In this document: in pieces, positions 8,337-18,367 of the stretch
Position numbering within the stretch: the stretch's first letter is position 1
How the letters are laid out: each line of letters starts with the position of its first letter
NCBI GenBank assembly: GCA_020633055.1
Contig: JACKEJ010000008.1
Location: 697,822-761,821, forward strand
Direction: 5' to 3'
Source: Sandaracinaceae bacterium
GTDB taxonomy: Bacteria > Myxococcota_A > Polyangia > Polyangiales > Houyiibacteriaceae
DNA length: 64,000 nt
Position numbers and translations under genes: made by a program
The notes under the pieces: generated by a model
Seen by the model: only the letters and a program-made list of their open reading frames with translations
Database searches by the model: none
Told to the model about the DNA's origin: nothing

Positions 8337-9419
8337 TCAGCTGTTCTGCTTCGTCCAGCCCGTGAGGAACTCGCAGAACTTGGCGACGTTCTCGGGCTCC
8401 ATCGCGTTGTACATGCTGATGCGCAGACCGCCGACGGAGCGATGCCCCTTGATGCCGGCGAACCCGGCCGCGCCCGCGTCCGCCACGAGCTTCTTCTCGA
8501 GCGTCTCGGTCGGCAGGTTGAACACGGGGTTCATGACCGAGCGCGAGTCCTTCTCGATGGTGAGCTTGTAGAAGTCGTTCGCGTCGAGGATGTCGTACAG
8601 CATCTTGGCCTTGGCCAGGTTGCGCGTCTCCATCGCCGCTGCCCCGCCCTGCGCCTTCACCCAGCGGAGCACGTTGCGGACCATGTAGACCGGGAACGTC
8701 GGCACCGTGTTCGCCATGGAGTCCTTGTCGACCATGGTGCTGTAGCGGAAGATCTTGGGGATGGACTTGGGCGACTTGGCCGCCAGATCCTTGCGGACGA
8801 TGACCACCGTCACGCCAGCGGGACCCAGGTTCTTCTGTGCACCCGCATAGATGAGGCCGAACTTGCTGACGTCCGTGGGGCGCCAGAGGATGTCGCTCGA
8901 CATATCGGCGACGAGCGGCACGCTGCCCGTGTCCGGGTACGTGTGGTACTGGCTGCCCATCACGGTGTTGTTCGACGTGATGTGCACGTAGGCCGCGTTG
9001 GGGTCGAGGTCGAGGTCGGCCTGCTTCGGCACGCGGACGTACTTGTCGCCCTCCTTGCCCGTGCCCGCCAGACGCCCCGTGGCCACCACGTTGGCCTCCG
9101 CCATCGCGCCCGCCGACCAGGTGCCGGTGTCGACGTAGTCCGCCGAGCCGCCGCCCGCCAGGTTCATCGGGATGAGCGCGAACTGCGTGCTGGCGCCGCC
9201 GCCCATGAAGATGACCTCGTGCGTGTCCGGGATGGCGAGCAGCTCACGCAGCAGCACCTTGCACTCCTCGTGCACGCGCATGTACGCGCCGCCGCGGTGC
9301 GAGTGCTCGAGGATGGACATGCCCGTGCCCTCGAAGTCGAGGAGCTCGTCGCGGGTGTGCTCGAGGGCGGAGAGGGGGAGGGTCGCGGGACCTGCGTTGA
9401 AATTGACGACTCGGCTCAT
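8337..9419 (-). CDS. serC: Phosphoserine aminotransferase
   Basis: VVNFNAGPATLP N-terminus, class-V aminotransferase length and motifs. ATG at 9419. Confidence 0.85.
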   Translation of the reverse strand: MSRVVNFNAGPATLPLSALEHTRDELLDFEGTGMSILEHSHRGGAYMRVHEECKVLLRELLAIPDTHEVIFMGGGASTQFALIPMNLAGGGSADYVDTGTWSAGAMAEANVVATGRLAGTGKEGDKYVRVPKQADLDLDPNAAYVHITSNNTVMGSQYHTYPDTGSVPLVADMSSDILWRPTDVSKFGLIYAGAQKNLGPAGVTVVIVRKDLAAKSPKSIPKIFRYSTMVDKDSMANTVPTFPVYMVRNVLRWVKAQGGAAAMETRNLAKAKMLYDILDANDFYKLTIEKDSRSVMNPVFNLPTETLEKKLVADAGAAGFAGIKGHRSVGGLRISMYNAMEPENVAKFCEFLTGWTKQNS

Positions 9420-9606
9420 AGGGGCCGGAAGGTACCGCGCGCGGCTGCGCATGCAAGACGCCGCAACGATGAATCAGCTACGCAACCCTTTCATAGGGGA
9501 GTCAAAATGCGACACCCGGTACGGGGCGCCACCCCCCGCGACGCCGATCATCACCAAGCATTTCGGACGTGTCGGTCTTGGCACGCCTCTCGCACGAGGT
9601 CCGTTC

Positions 9607-10194
9607 ATGGCTCGAGCCATCGACACGCCTCCGACGGGCCTCCACTTCGTCGTCCCCACCCACCCTGCGGACACCGCCCGCGTGGAAGTGTGCGCCTTCC
9701 TGGACATCCCGGACGGCCACGCCTCACGGCCGGGCACAGGCACCGTGGCCTCCCTCAAGGTGGGCGCCGACGGCATCGGTCTCCGCGCGGCGACCCGCAG
9801 CTGGTACGTCCCCTACCATGAGCTCGAGGCCCACGAAGCCCGAGCGGACGGGGTCTTGCTGCGGATGAAGAGCGGCCGCTGCCTCGAGCTGCGCACACCC
9901 GCTCCGCACGTGCTGCAGCGCCACCTCGAGAAGCGCATCACGTCGTACGCGCGCCACGCGATCCTCGCCCAACAGCTACCGAGCGCCATGACCGCCACAT
10001 CGCCAAGCAGCCAGCTGTTGAGCGCCTTCGAGAACCCCGCGACCGCACCCGAGGAGCGGGTCGCCATCGCCACGTGGCTCGGGACACGCCCTTTGGAGCG
10101 CGGCGACGCGCTGTACCTGCACCGCATCGTGCACGACATCGCCGACGGTGACTTGGCCGGGACGGTCAGCGAGGCCCTCGATCTCGGCGCTTAG
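9607..10194 (+). CDS. Hypothetical protein
   Basis: ATG at 9607 inside ORF 9172..10194. The upstream part of that ORF is antisense to serC. No recognisable motifs. Confidence 0.45.
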   Translation: MARAIDTPPTGLHFVVPTHPADTARVEVCAFLDIPDGHASRPGTGTVASLKVGADGIGLRAATRSWYVPYHELEAHEARADGVLLRMKSGRCLELRTPAPHVLQRHLEKRITSYARHAILAQQLPSAMTATSPSSQLLSAFENPATAPEERVAIATWLGTRPLERGDALYLHRIVHDIADGDLAGTVSEALDLGA

Positions 10195-10250
10195 CCCAGC
10201 CCGCGCGCCGCTCGGGGGTCTACCTCATGGCGTGGGACGCATCGCCCAGG

Positions 10251-11375
10251 TCAGGGAGTGATCGCGCGCGTGACGGTGCCGCTGTCGCGCTCGCCGAAGA
10301 TCATGCTGGGCAGGACACCCGGGGCCAGCAGCGACGGGGTGACCTCGCTGGACGGGAACATCTGCACGAACGCGGGCGCCTCGGGCACGCGGTCCACCAC
10401 GCTCCGCTCCAGCACCATGGAGTTGTACTGCACGGCCGCGAGCTCCGGCGTGTTGCTGTTGAGCACGACCTCGACGTCGTAGCGCCGGCTGTAGGCACGC
10501 AGACCCGGGATGCGGCTCTCGTAGGGCGACCAGCTGTCGGCGCTGGTGCCGTTCTCGGAGCATCCGAACACGCCGCGCTCACCGTGGCAGAACAGGGTCT
10601 GGTTGCCGGTGGTGTGCCCAGGCGTCCGGAGCAACACGCAGCCGTCGCCGAGCGCCACGTCCGCATCGAACAGCACCACACGGTCGGTCGGCACGCCGCG
10701 CTTGCCCTCGGCGATGAACCAGCTGCGCTGCATCGGGTGCAGCTCGTCCCAGTCGTCCCACTCCCGCCGCGGGGCCAGCAAGTACGCGTTGGGGAAGCGC
10801 GCGCGCAGCAGCTCGCCCGTCACGCTGGGGATCTCACAGCCGAGGATCGGCCGCAGGTCCTGCGTGTGGAAATGGTCGAACGCGACCAGGTCGATGTCCG
10901 TCGGCGACAGCCCGTGGCGCGCGAGCTGCACCTCGAGCGCGTCCCCGCGCGTCGTGATCGCCTGCGCCAGCCCGTCCCCCGTGCGCGCGAGCAGCTGCGC
11001 GAAGTAGGGGGTGGCCTTGGACGCTTCGTAGTCGGTCGGGTTGAACAGGATGTTCTTGCGCACCGTGCGCCCTGCCTCCTGCACGTCGACCTGCACGAGC
11101 AGGCAGCGATGCGACATGACCACGTAGGGCAGAGGCAGCGGCACCGCGTGCTGAAACGCGTAGCCGGTCGGGTAGAGGAGGGTCGTGAGCGGCAACGTGC
11201 GCACGGCGCCCACGCGCGGACCTGTACGCAGCGCGTCTCCGAGCGCCTCTCCCGCGTAGCGCAGCGCACGCAGCTGGGCGCCGGGTGACGTCAGCGCCCG
11301 CGCCTCTTCGAGGTCGTGCAGCACGCGCACCCAAGGGACGCGCGCGTCGACCGCGTCGCCGAGCGTCAATGCCAC
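10251..11375 (-). CDS. Metallo-beta-lactamase-fold hydrolase-like protein
   Basis: FDHFHTQD (HxHxxD-like) and LLRTPGHTTGNQ motifs. Lies 3 nt downstream of the aldehyde dehydrogenase gene, so probably the same operon. Confidence 0.55.
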   Translation of the reverse strand: MALTLGDAVDARVPWVRVLHDLEEARALTSPGAQLRALRYAGEALGDALRTGPRVGAVRTLPLTTLLYPTGYAFQHAVPLPLPYVVMSHRCLLVQVDVQEAGRTVRKNILFNPTDYEASKATPYFAQLLARTGDGLAQAITTRGDALEVQLARHGLSPTDIDLVAFDHFHTQDLRPILGCEIPSVTGELLRARFPNAYLLAPRREWDDWDELHPMQRSWFIAEGKRGVPTDRVVLFDADVALGDGCVLLRTPGHTTGNQTLFCHGERGVFGCSENGTSADSWSPYESRIPGLRAYSRRYDVEVVLNSNTPELAAVQYNSMVLERSVVDRVPEAPAFVQMFPSSEVTPSLLAPGVLPSMIFGERDSGTVTRAITP

Positions 11376-11378
11376 GCG

Positions 11379-13133
11379 TCAGCCCCGCAGCGCCTGGCTG
11401 AGCAGGGGCACGAGCGTGCGCACGGAGGGCTTGCCGTTGAAGCGGGTGAGCGCCGGACCCAGCTTGTGGTTGGTCTTGTGGTCGTTGAACCACGCCGGCC
11501 GCGGCATGACCATGAACGGACCGCGCACCACGCTCTTCTGCGGCTTGTCGAACAGGTAGCTGTTGTGCACCACGCCCGAGCCCGAGCGGATGTCCTCGGG
11601 CGGGTGGCCTGGGTAGGCGCCCCACGTCGTGGACACGAACGCGTACGAGAGCGCGGCCCAGTGGTTGACCGCGACCGAGCCGAAGCGCAGGTCCGCGATG
11701 GCCTTCTCGACCGCGTTGGCCACGGCCGGGTCCTCGAGCGACTTGGGGTGCACGATGAGGGAGCAGCTGAGCGTGCCCCACAGGCGGTCGTTGGCGAAGT
11801 CCACCGCGCGCTCGATGTACTCGACCACGGAACCCGCCTCGAGCGTCGTCTCGCTGGTGACGCCGCACCACGCCTCGGTGTTGAAGCAGATGTCGTCCGC
11901 GTCGGCGCTGGGCACGCCCGTGATGAACGTCCAGGGCACCTTGCCCGCGCCGTCTGGTCCGAACTGCCGGGCCTGGGGATGCGCCGCGAGGAAGCGGTCG
12001 TGGCGCTCCTCCGCGCCGGGGTAGTAGGGCACGCGCGGCTCGGCCTTCGAGAGCGCCTTGCTGATGGCGTCGTTCAGCGCCTCGCGCTGTGACCAGCTGG
12101 CGTGCTGGATGATCACGCGCGTAGCGTTGCAGTTGAAGCCCGCGTTGTTGGTCAGCGACGAGGCCAGGTTCACGCCCTGGAACGCGATCTCCTTCTGGCT
12201 CCAAGGGCCCGGCACGACGATGATCGGGCTCACGTTGCCCAGCTCGCTCGATACACGGCGCGTGTTGCGCGGCTGCTTGTCGCGCTTGCGGCGCTCACCG
12301 TCGGCGCCCACGCCCCACACGATGGCGTCGTAGGTCTTGTCCGAGCCCGTGATGTGGATCTCTTCGACACCCTCGTGGTTGCAGAGGTAGTCGCCCTCGG
12401 CCGCGCCGCCGTAGACGAGCCGGAAGAAGCCGCGGTCCGCCAGGGGCTGGAAGATGTCCGCGAAGACCGGACCGAGGTTCTCGTTGACCGGGTTCATCTT
12501 GAGGATGACCACCTGCCCCTCGACGAAGAGCTTGTACAGTGCGTCCATCGGCCCGATGGACGACACGTTGCCGGCCCCGAGCACCAGGGCGACCTTCCCG
12601 GTCGTGGGGCGCGTCCGGTAGAACTCGGCCATGTGGTCGGGCAGGTTCGCGAGGGTGACCTCGGGCTCCATCCACACCTCGGCGCTGAAGCCGGTGAACG
12701 TGAGCTTGTCCCAGTTGTCCGTGGGGAAGACGGTGGCCACGACGCGCCCATCGACGCGCGCGAACGGCTCGGCCGGCAGCTGCGGCGCGCCGTAGCGCTC
12801 GATCTCGAGCAGCGAGCGCTTGAGCAGGCGGATGTTGCGCGCCATCACGGCGGGACCGGCCAGCCACTCCTCGCCTGCGGTGGGCGAGCTGAACGCGATG
12901 CCCTTGGCCTTGCAGCCCGCGGCTGCCCAACGCTCCGCGTCGGCGAGGGTGCGGTCGAGCAGGACGTCGAGCAGGGAGACACGCTCGCCGATGCTGAGCT
13001 TGGCCCAGGTGTCCTTCTGCGCCTTGATCGCCGCGACCGCCGCGTCCATCGCTTCCCGCGAGGTGGGCGGGATGCTGTGCTTCGCTTCGGGGATGGCGAC
13101 GGATCCGACAGGGAGTGCAGCGCTCGTGCTCAT
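11379..13133 (-). CDS. Aldehyde dehydrogenase family protein (long form)
   Basis: ELGNVSPIIV and NNAGFNCNATRV motifs (catalytic Glu and Cys regions), plus the GAGNVSSIG cofactor loop. Confidence 0.8.
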   Translation of the reverse strand: MSTSAALPVGSVAIPEAKHSIPPTSREAMDAAVAAIKAQKDTWAKLSIGERVSLLDVLLDRTLADAERWAAAGCKAKGIAFSSPTAGEEWLAGPAVMARNIRLLKRSLLEIERYGAPQLPAEPFARVDGRVVATVFPTDNWDKLTFTGFSAEVWMEPEVTLANLPDHMAEFYRTRPTTGKVALVLGAGNVSSIGPMDALYKLFVEGQVVILKMNPVNENLGPVFADIFQPLADRGFFRLVYGGAAEGDYLCNHEGVEEIHITGSDKTYDAIVWGVGADGERRKRDKQPRNTRRVSSELGNVSPIIVVPGPWSQKEIAFQGVNLASSLTNNAGFNCNATRVIIQHASWSQREALNDAISKALSKAEPRVPYYPGAEERHDRFLAAHPQARQFGPDGAGKVPWTFITGVPSADADDICFNTEAWCGVTSETTLEAGSVVEYIERAVDFANDRLWGTLSCSLIVHPKSLEDPAVANAVEKAIADLRFGSVAVNHWAALSYAFVSTTWGAYPGHPPEDIRSGSGVVHNSYLFDKPQKSVVRGPFMVMPRPAWFNDHKTNHKLGPALTRFNGKPSVRTLVPLLSQALRG

Positions 13134-13264
13134 GGGCTTCCTATTGAACGAGGTTCGAGGACGAGCACGTTATAAGATCTCGCGGGGGGACGCCACGCCT
13201 CGTTCCTCCTTGTCGCTGGTTGGTGACGTGGTTGCAGGAGGGGGGCGCGGCCGTGGGCCAGGGC

Positions 13265-13289
13265 CCGGTCGCGCAGGCGCTCCCTGCGG
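13265..13289 (-). repeat. Partial inverted copy of the structured-element core
   Basis: The 25 nt CCGGTCGCGCAGGCGCTCCCTGCGG are the exact reverse complement of core segment 13509-13533 (equivalent to 6531-6555). Confidence 0.75.
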
Positions 13290-13418
13290 TGCCTCCCCGC
13301 TTTCGGCGCGCACGTATTCGGAACGAGCGCGTGGGGTCTGGCTCGTTCAGCAGAGCCCGACGACCCCAAGCCGAGCACCTCGGAAACCAAGTCGAGCGCA
13401 TCTGAGCCCCCCCGCGCA

Positions 13419-13560
13419 CAGTCGGACCTAGTAGCCCGGGCGGGGCCAGCGGCCGAGGGGGTTGGGGGGACCGAGAAAGCAAACGAAGTGCAGCTTTCTC
13501 CGGGGGCCCCGCAGGGAGCGCCTGCGCGACCGGCCCCTCGGCCGCTGGCCCCGCTCGGGC
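13419..13560 (+). repeat. Structured intergenic element, copy 2: 27-bp stem (13434-13460 / 13534-13560, one G.T pair) around the 73-nt core
   Basis: Same orientation as copy 1. Relative to copy 1 the arms differ at 5 paired positions, 4 compensated Watson-Crick and 1 as G.T. Confidence 0.8.
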
Positions 13561-13667
13561 GCCGGGTTGGGGGGACCGAGAAAGCAAACGAAGTGCAGCT
13601 TTCTCCGGGGGCCCCGCAGGGAGCGCCTGCGCGACCGGCCCCTCGGCCGCTGGTCCCGCTCGGGCGC
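13561..13667 (+). repeat. Structured intergenic element, copy 3: tandem duplicate (105-nt period) of the core plus 3' arm
   Basis: Core is identical to copy 2 and offset by 105 nt. The 3' arm CCCCTCGGCCGCTGGTCCCG is present, but the 5' arm is replaced by the junction sequence. Confidence 0.8.
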
Positions 13668-13759
13668 TGATCACGTTTTCCGGGTTTGCGCTCCCCGAGA
13701 CCCTGTGGCATGGTCCGCGCCCTCCGCGTCGAGCGGGGTTCTGGAAGAAGAGGAAGTCA

Positions 13760-13981
13760 ATGTCCGCAAGTGAGGCGATTCAGTGTAGGCCCGTCGAGGT
13801 CCAGGTGGGCGACAAGGGGCTCGAGCGCGCCGTCAAGCACCTCAAGCGCAAGATGGCGTCCGAGGGCATCCTGCGTGAGCTCAAGCGCCGCCGGCACTAC
13901 ATGAAGCCGTCCGTGAAGGCGCGTAAGAAGGCCGCCGAGGCCAGCCGCCGCCGCCGCAAGCGCGTCAAGATGGAGGGCTGA
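13760..13981 (+). CDS. rpsU: 30S ribosomal protein bS21
   Basis: VQVGDKGLERAVKHLKRKMASEGILRELKRRRHYMKPSVKARKK is a typical S21 sequence. A purine-rich SD (GAAGAGGAAG) precedes the ATG. Confidence 0.9.
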   Translation: MSASEAIQCRPVEVQVGDKGLERAVKHLKRKMASEGILRELKRRRHYMKPSVKARKKAAEASRRRRKRVKMEG

Positions 13982-14043
13982 TCCCCCTCCCGACCGCGGA
14001 ACGGCCCAAGCACCGTCGCCTGCGCATTGCGCTCGCGGCGGTT

Positions 14044-14412
14044 TTGGCGTTTCTGGCGTACCACACGTACCGCAGCCGCTCCGGCGAGGATCTCTACCCC
14101 GTGGCCAGCGAGGGGCCGCCACGCGGCCGCACGCTCGAGCAGTGGGGCGCCTACCTCTACGACGCCCACGGCTGCGCCGCGTGCCACAGCATCGCCGGGG
14201 TGCGCGGCGTGGGCGGCTCGCTGGACCGCATCATGGGCCAGACCCGACACTTCACCGACGGGTCCGACGGAGTGGTCGACACGGACTACCTCCGTGAGAG
14301 CATCATCACCCCCCAGCGTAAGGTCGTCATGGGCTTCTCGGGCTCCATGCCCCGCTACGACTTCCGCGACGACGAAGTCGACGCCCTCGTCGCGTACCTC
14401 GCCTCCATCTGA
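14044..14412 (+). CDS. Class I c-type cytochrome domain protein
   Basis: Single CAACH heme-binding motif, with a downstream Met-containing region (GFSGSMP). No ATG or GTG start exists; the only candidate is TTG at 14044 within a hydrophobic segment, so the start is uncertain. Confidence 0.6.
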   Translation: MAFLAYHTYRSRSGEDLYPVASEGPPRGRTLEQWGAYLYDAHGCAACHSIAGVRGVGGSLDRIMGQTRHFTDGSDGVVDTDYLRESIITPQRKVVMGFSGSMPRYDFRDDEVDALVAYLASI

Positions 14413-14470
14413 CCCGCCCACAACGGGATGATGGTCGTCGAGATCTCTACGCGCTGGTAGGATCCGCGTC

Positions 14471-15826
<1,356 letters not shown>

Positions 15827-15967
15827 GGGCGGGCACCGCACGACGGGCACCGCGCCCGTCCTCGAACGCCGCGAAGAGCAAGGCGGACCGAGGTCGATTG
15901 CGCCCCAACGGGCCCTGATGCCGTACACGCCGAGGCTCACCGCGCCCGTTTGTGCCATGGTGCGGCC

Positions 15968-16618
15968 ATGCCCGAGGTCGACGAGCTCCGCACGCCCATG
16001 CAAGCCCGCGCGCACAAGACGCGCGCGTCTCTGGTGACCGCAGCACAGGCCGAGTTCGCAGAGCGGGGGTACGCGAGCACCACCGCCAAGTCCATCGCCA
16101 AGCGGGCGGGGGTCTCGACCGGCAGCTTCTACCAGTACTTCACCGACAAGGACGGGGTGCTGCGCGAGCTGGCGAACGAGCGCGCCGCCGTGCTGCGCGA
16201 CACCATCCTCCGTGAGATGCGCGCCGATCTCGGGCCCAGCACGGGCCTTGCCCCGGACATGACCCGTAGCGCCATCGTCGCGCGCCTGACGGGGGTGGTC
16301 GACGCCGTCGTGCGCCACCACCGCGAAGACACGCGCTTCCACGCCGTGGTGACGGAGCGCCGACTGGCGGACGCAGAGCTGGACGCGGCCGCCACCGCCG
16401 GCGAGCGCACGCTGGTCGAGCGCACCGCCGAGCTGCTGCAACGCTGGGGTCACTCGGGAGACTGCCTCGCGACGGCTTTCGTGCTTTTCGGCATGGTCGA
16501 GGGCTCCGTCCACGCGCACGTGCTGGGACATCCTATCATCAGCGATACGCGGTTCCGGGACACGCTGGTGGAGGCCGTCCTGCGACTGGCCCTGCCCGCC
16601 GCGCCGACGCGCGTCTGA
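15968..16618 (+). CDS. TetR/AcrR family transcriptional regulator
   Basis: N-terminal HTH AAQAEFAERGYASTTAKSIAKRAGVSTGSFYQYF. Confidence 0.85.
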   Translation: MPEVDELRTPMQARAHKTRASLVTAAQAEFAERGYASTTAKSIAKRAGVSTGSFYQYFTDKDGVLRELANERAAVLRDTILREMRADLGPSTGLAPDMTRSAIVARLTGVVDAVVRHHREDTRFHAVVTERRLADAELDAAATAGERTLVERTAELLQRWGHSGDCLATAFVLFGMVEGSVHAHVLGHPIISDTRFRDTLVEAVLRLALPAAPTRV

Positions 16619-16715
16619 CGGCCATGCGGCGCCCCGCGCAGCGCGGCAGCGTGCCGGCGTGACGGCGCCTGGACTCGCCGGGGTGATCGTCGCTACCCTG
16701 CGCCCCGTGGCCCGC

Positions 16716-18278
16716 ATGACCCACCGAGACGCCTACGCCAACCTCTTGCGCGACACGCGCGGCATGCGGCGCGACCACGCCGGAGCGCGCGAGCGGTGGT
16801 ACGCCCAGCTGCCGTGGGAGCACAAAGAAGAGAGCCTGTTCGAGCTGGAGATGCTCCTCAAGGGCTTCGCCTGCTTCGGAAACGCGCGCAACCACCCCGG
16901 CCCGCCGCGGCGTGTGCCCGACGTGGCGCACGACTTCCGCGAAGAGCTGCGCATCATGCGTGACGCGCTGACGCAGGCCGGGGATCAAGTGCGGGACCTC
17001 CTCGGCGACAAGGAGCGCGCCTACGTGTTCTCGCGCTACCTCGAGACGGTGCTGCCCGAGGACCGGGAGCGCACGCAGCTGGTGCACGATCAGCTGTCGC
17101 AGGACACTCCGGAGGCCGCGCTGATGGTGCTGCGCAGCAGCTTCGGGGGCTACCTCGAGCTGGCCGAGGGCCTCCTGCGCCTCAACCGCATCCCCCACCG
17201 GCTGTACAACGCGCTGCAGAGCACGGTCACGCGCGAGGTGGGCCGCAACGCGTTCTTCAATCCGTTGGTGGCGCTGGAGTTCCGCCCGGAGTTCGACCGC
17301 ATCCGCGCGCCCGAGGTGCTGGAGGCCCTGCACGCCATCGAGAGCGAGGCTACTCACCGCATGGTGTCGCTCACCATGCTCACGCTGTTCCGCGCCCTGC
17401 GCTACGTGGCGCTGGTCGAGCGCTACGCGGCGGAGCCGGCCACCGCCCGCCGCAGCTACCTCATCCTGGCCGTGCTGCGCAGCGACGTGCGCGCCCTCAC
17501 GCGCTTCTTGTTCCGTCAGGCCGCGGGGATCATGGCCGACGGCCTCGAGCGCGAGCTGATGGAGGCGAGCGCCAGCGACATCCGCATGCGGAACGACGCG
17601 TGGGCGCGGCGCGCGGCGGCCCTGCTCTCGTTGCGGCGCACGCTCGAGACCATCGCCAACACGCTGCGCATCGAGGTGCGCAAGACCTACGAGCGAGAGC
17701 TGCCTTCTCCCTCCGAGGCCCCCGCAGACGAGCTGCTGGCGCCGTCGTTGATCCAGGCCTGCGCCTCGCTGCGCGCCACGCTGCACCACGCCGTCCTCAA
17801 CCTGTGCACCGAGCTCTCGCCCGGGCGCACGCTGCCCGAGCTGGGCTCCGACGAGGCCAGCCGCCGCGCCGCCAGCGTGCGACTGCGCCGCGACGTCTGG
17901 ATGTTCAAGCAGGTGCTGCGCGCGTTCCTGGCCAAGGCCGACGCCTCGCGTCACGGAGGGCTGGACCACTGGAGCAGCGCCGCCAGCTTCGTGTACGTGC
18001 GCGAGTTCCTGAACCACTTCCGCGCCATCGGCTATCAGCTGGTGCGACGCAGCGACTACGAGCGCTTGGACCACTTCATCGGCGCCATCGACTCCCTGCG
18101 CGACGCCGACCTGCTCGACGAGGGACAGATGCGCGCCGCCGTGGACGAGTGCCGCGCCTTCTTCGAGTACCTGGGCCGCCTGCTGGCGCAGATCAGCCGC
18201 CGCGAAGAGCTGCGCGACACGCCGTTCGACAAGCAGACCGCGGTGGACACGCTGCGCGTCTACCTGGGCGCGGCGTGA
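16716..18278 (+). CDS. Hypothetical all-alpha protein (about 520 aa)
   Basis: Long ORF with coding-like codon bias, ATG at 16716. No motif I recognise; composition suggests a helical protein. Confidence 0.6.
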   Translation: MTHRDAYANLLRDTRGMRRDHAGARERWYAQLPWEHKEESLFELEMLLKGFACFGNARNHPGPPRRVPDVAHDFREELRIMRDALTQAGDQVRDLLGDKERAYVFSRYLETVLPEDRERTQLVHDQLSQDTPEAALMVLRSSFGGYLELAEGLLRLNRIPHRLYNALQSTVTREVGRNAFFNPLVALEFRPEFDRIRAPEVLEALHAIESEATHRMVSLTMLTLFRALRYVALVERYAAEPATARRSYLILAVLRSDVRALTRFLFRQAAGIMADGLERELMEASASDIRMRNDAWARRAAALLSLRRTLETIANTLRIEVRKTYERELPSPSEAPADELLAPSLIQACASLRATLHHAVLNLCTELSPGRTLPELGSDEASRRAASVRLRRDVWMFKQVLRAFLAKADASRHGGLDHWSSAASFVYVREFLNHFRAIGYQLVRRSDYERLDHFIGAIDSLRDADLLDEGQMRAAVDECRAFFEYLGRLLAQISRREELRDTPFDKQTAVDTLRVYLGAA

Positions 18279-18367
18279 CCGCAGGCCCGGAGGCGCCGCG
18301 CGAAGGCGGGCAGCATGAAGGCCAGCGACCCGGAGCTGCGCCGCCCGACGGCGTCCACCACGAGGGC

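Noticed and set aside
8112-9821. 569-aa plus-strand ORF spanning serC.
   Set aside because: It is antisense to serC, has a low-complexity Arg/His/Gly-rich product, and is a shadow ORF.
13441-13667. A possible CRISPR-like array (the repeated roughly 105-nt unit), and the 15-bp array at 6293-6383.
   Set aside because: There are only two directly abutting units with no unique spacers, the unit length is wrong for CRISPR repeats, and there are no cas genes in the window.
13130-13711. Minus-strand ORFs of 193 and 177 aa with an internally duplicated peptide (GPVAQALPAGPPEKAALRLLSRSPQP).
   Set aside because: The duplication simply reflects the tandem structured repeat. The same pseudo-peptide appears in ORF 6391..7425 at the other copy. 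No start context exists, and the ORFs cross the ALDH start region.
17600-18367. N-terminal 256-codon extension of the permease ORF (736-aa track ORF).
   Set aside because: It overlaps the 3' part of the upstream gene 16716..18278 in another frame and encodes Arg/Ala/Pro-rich low-complexity sequence. Permease homology starts near 18368.
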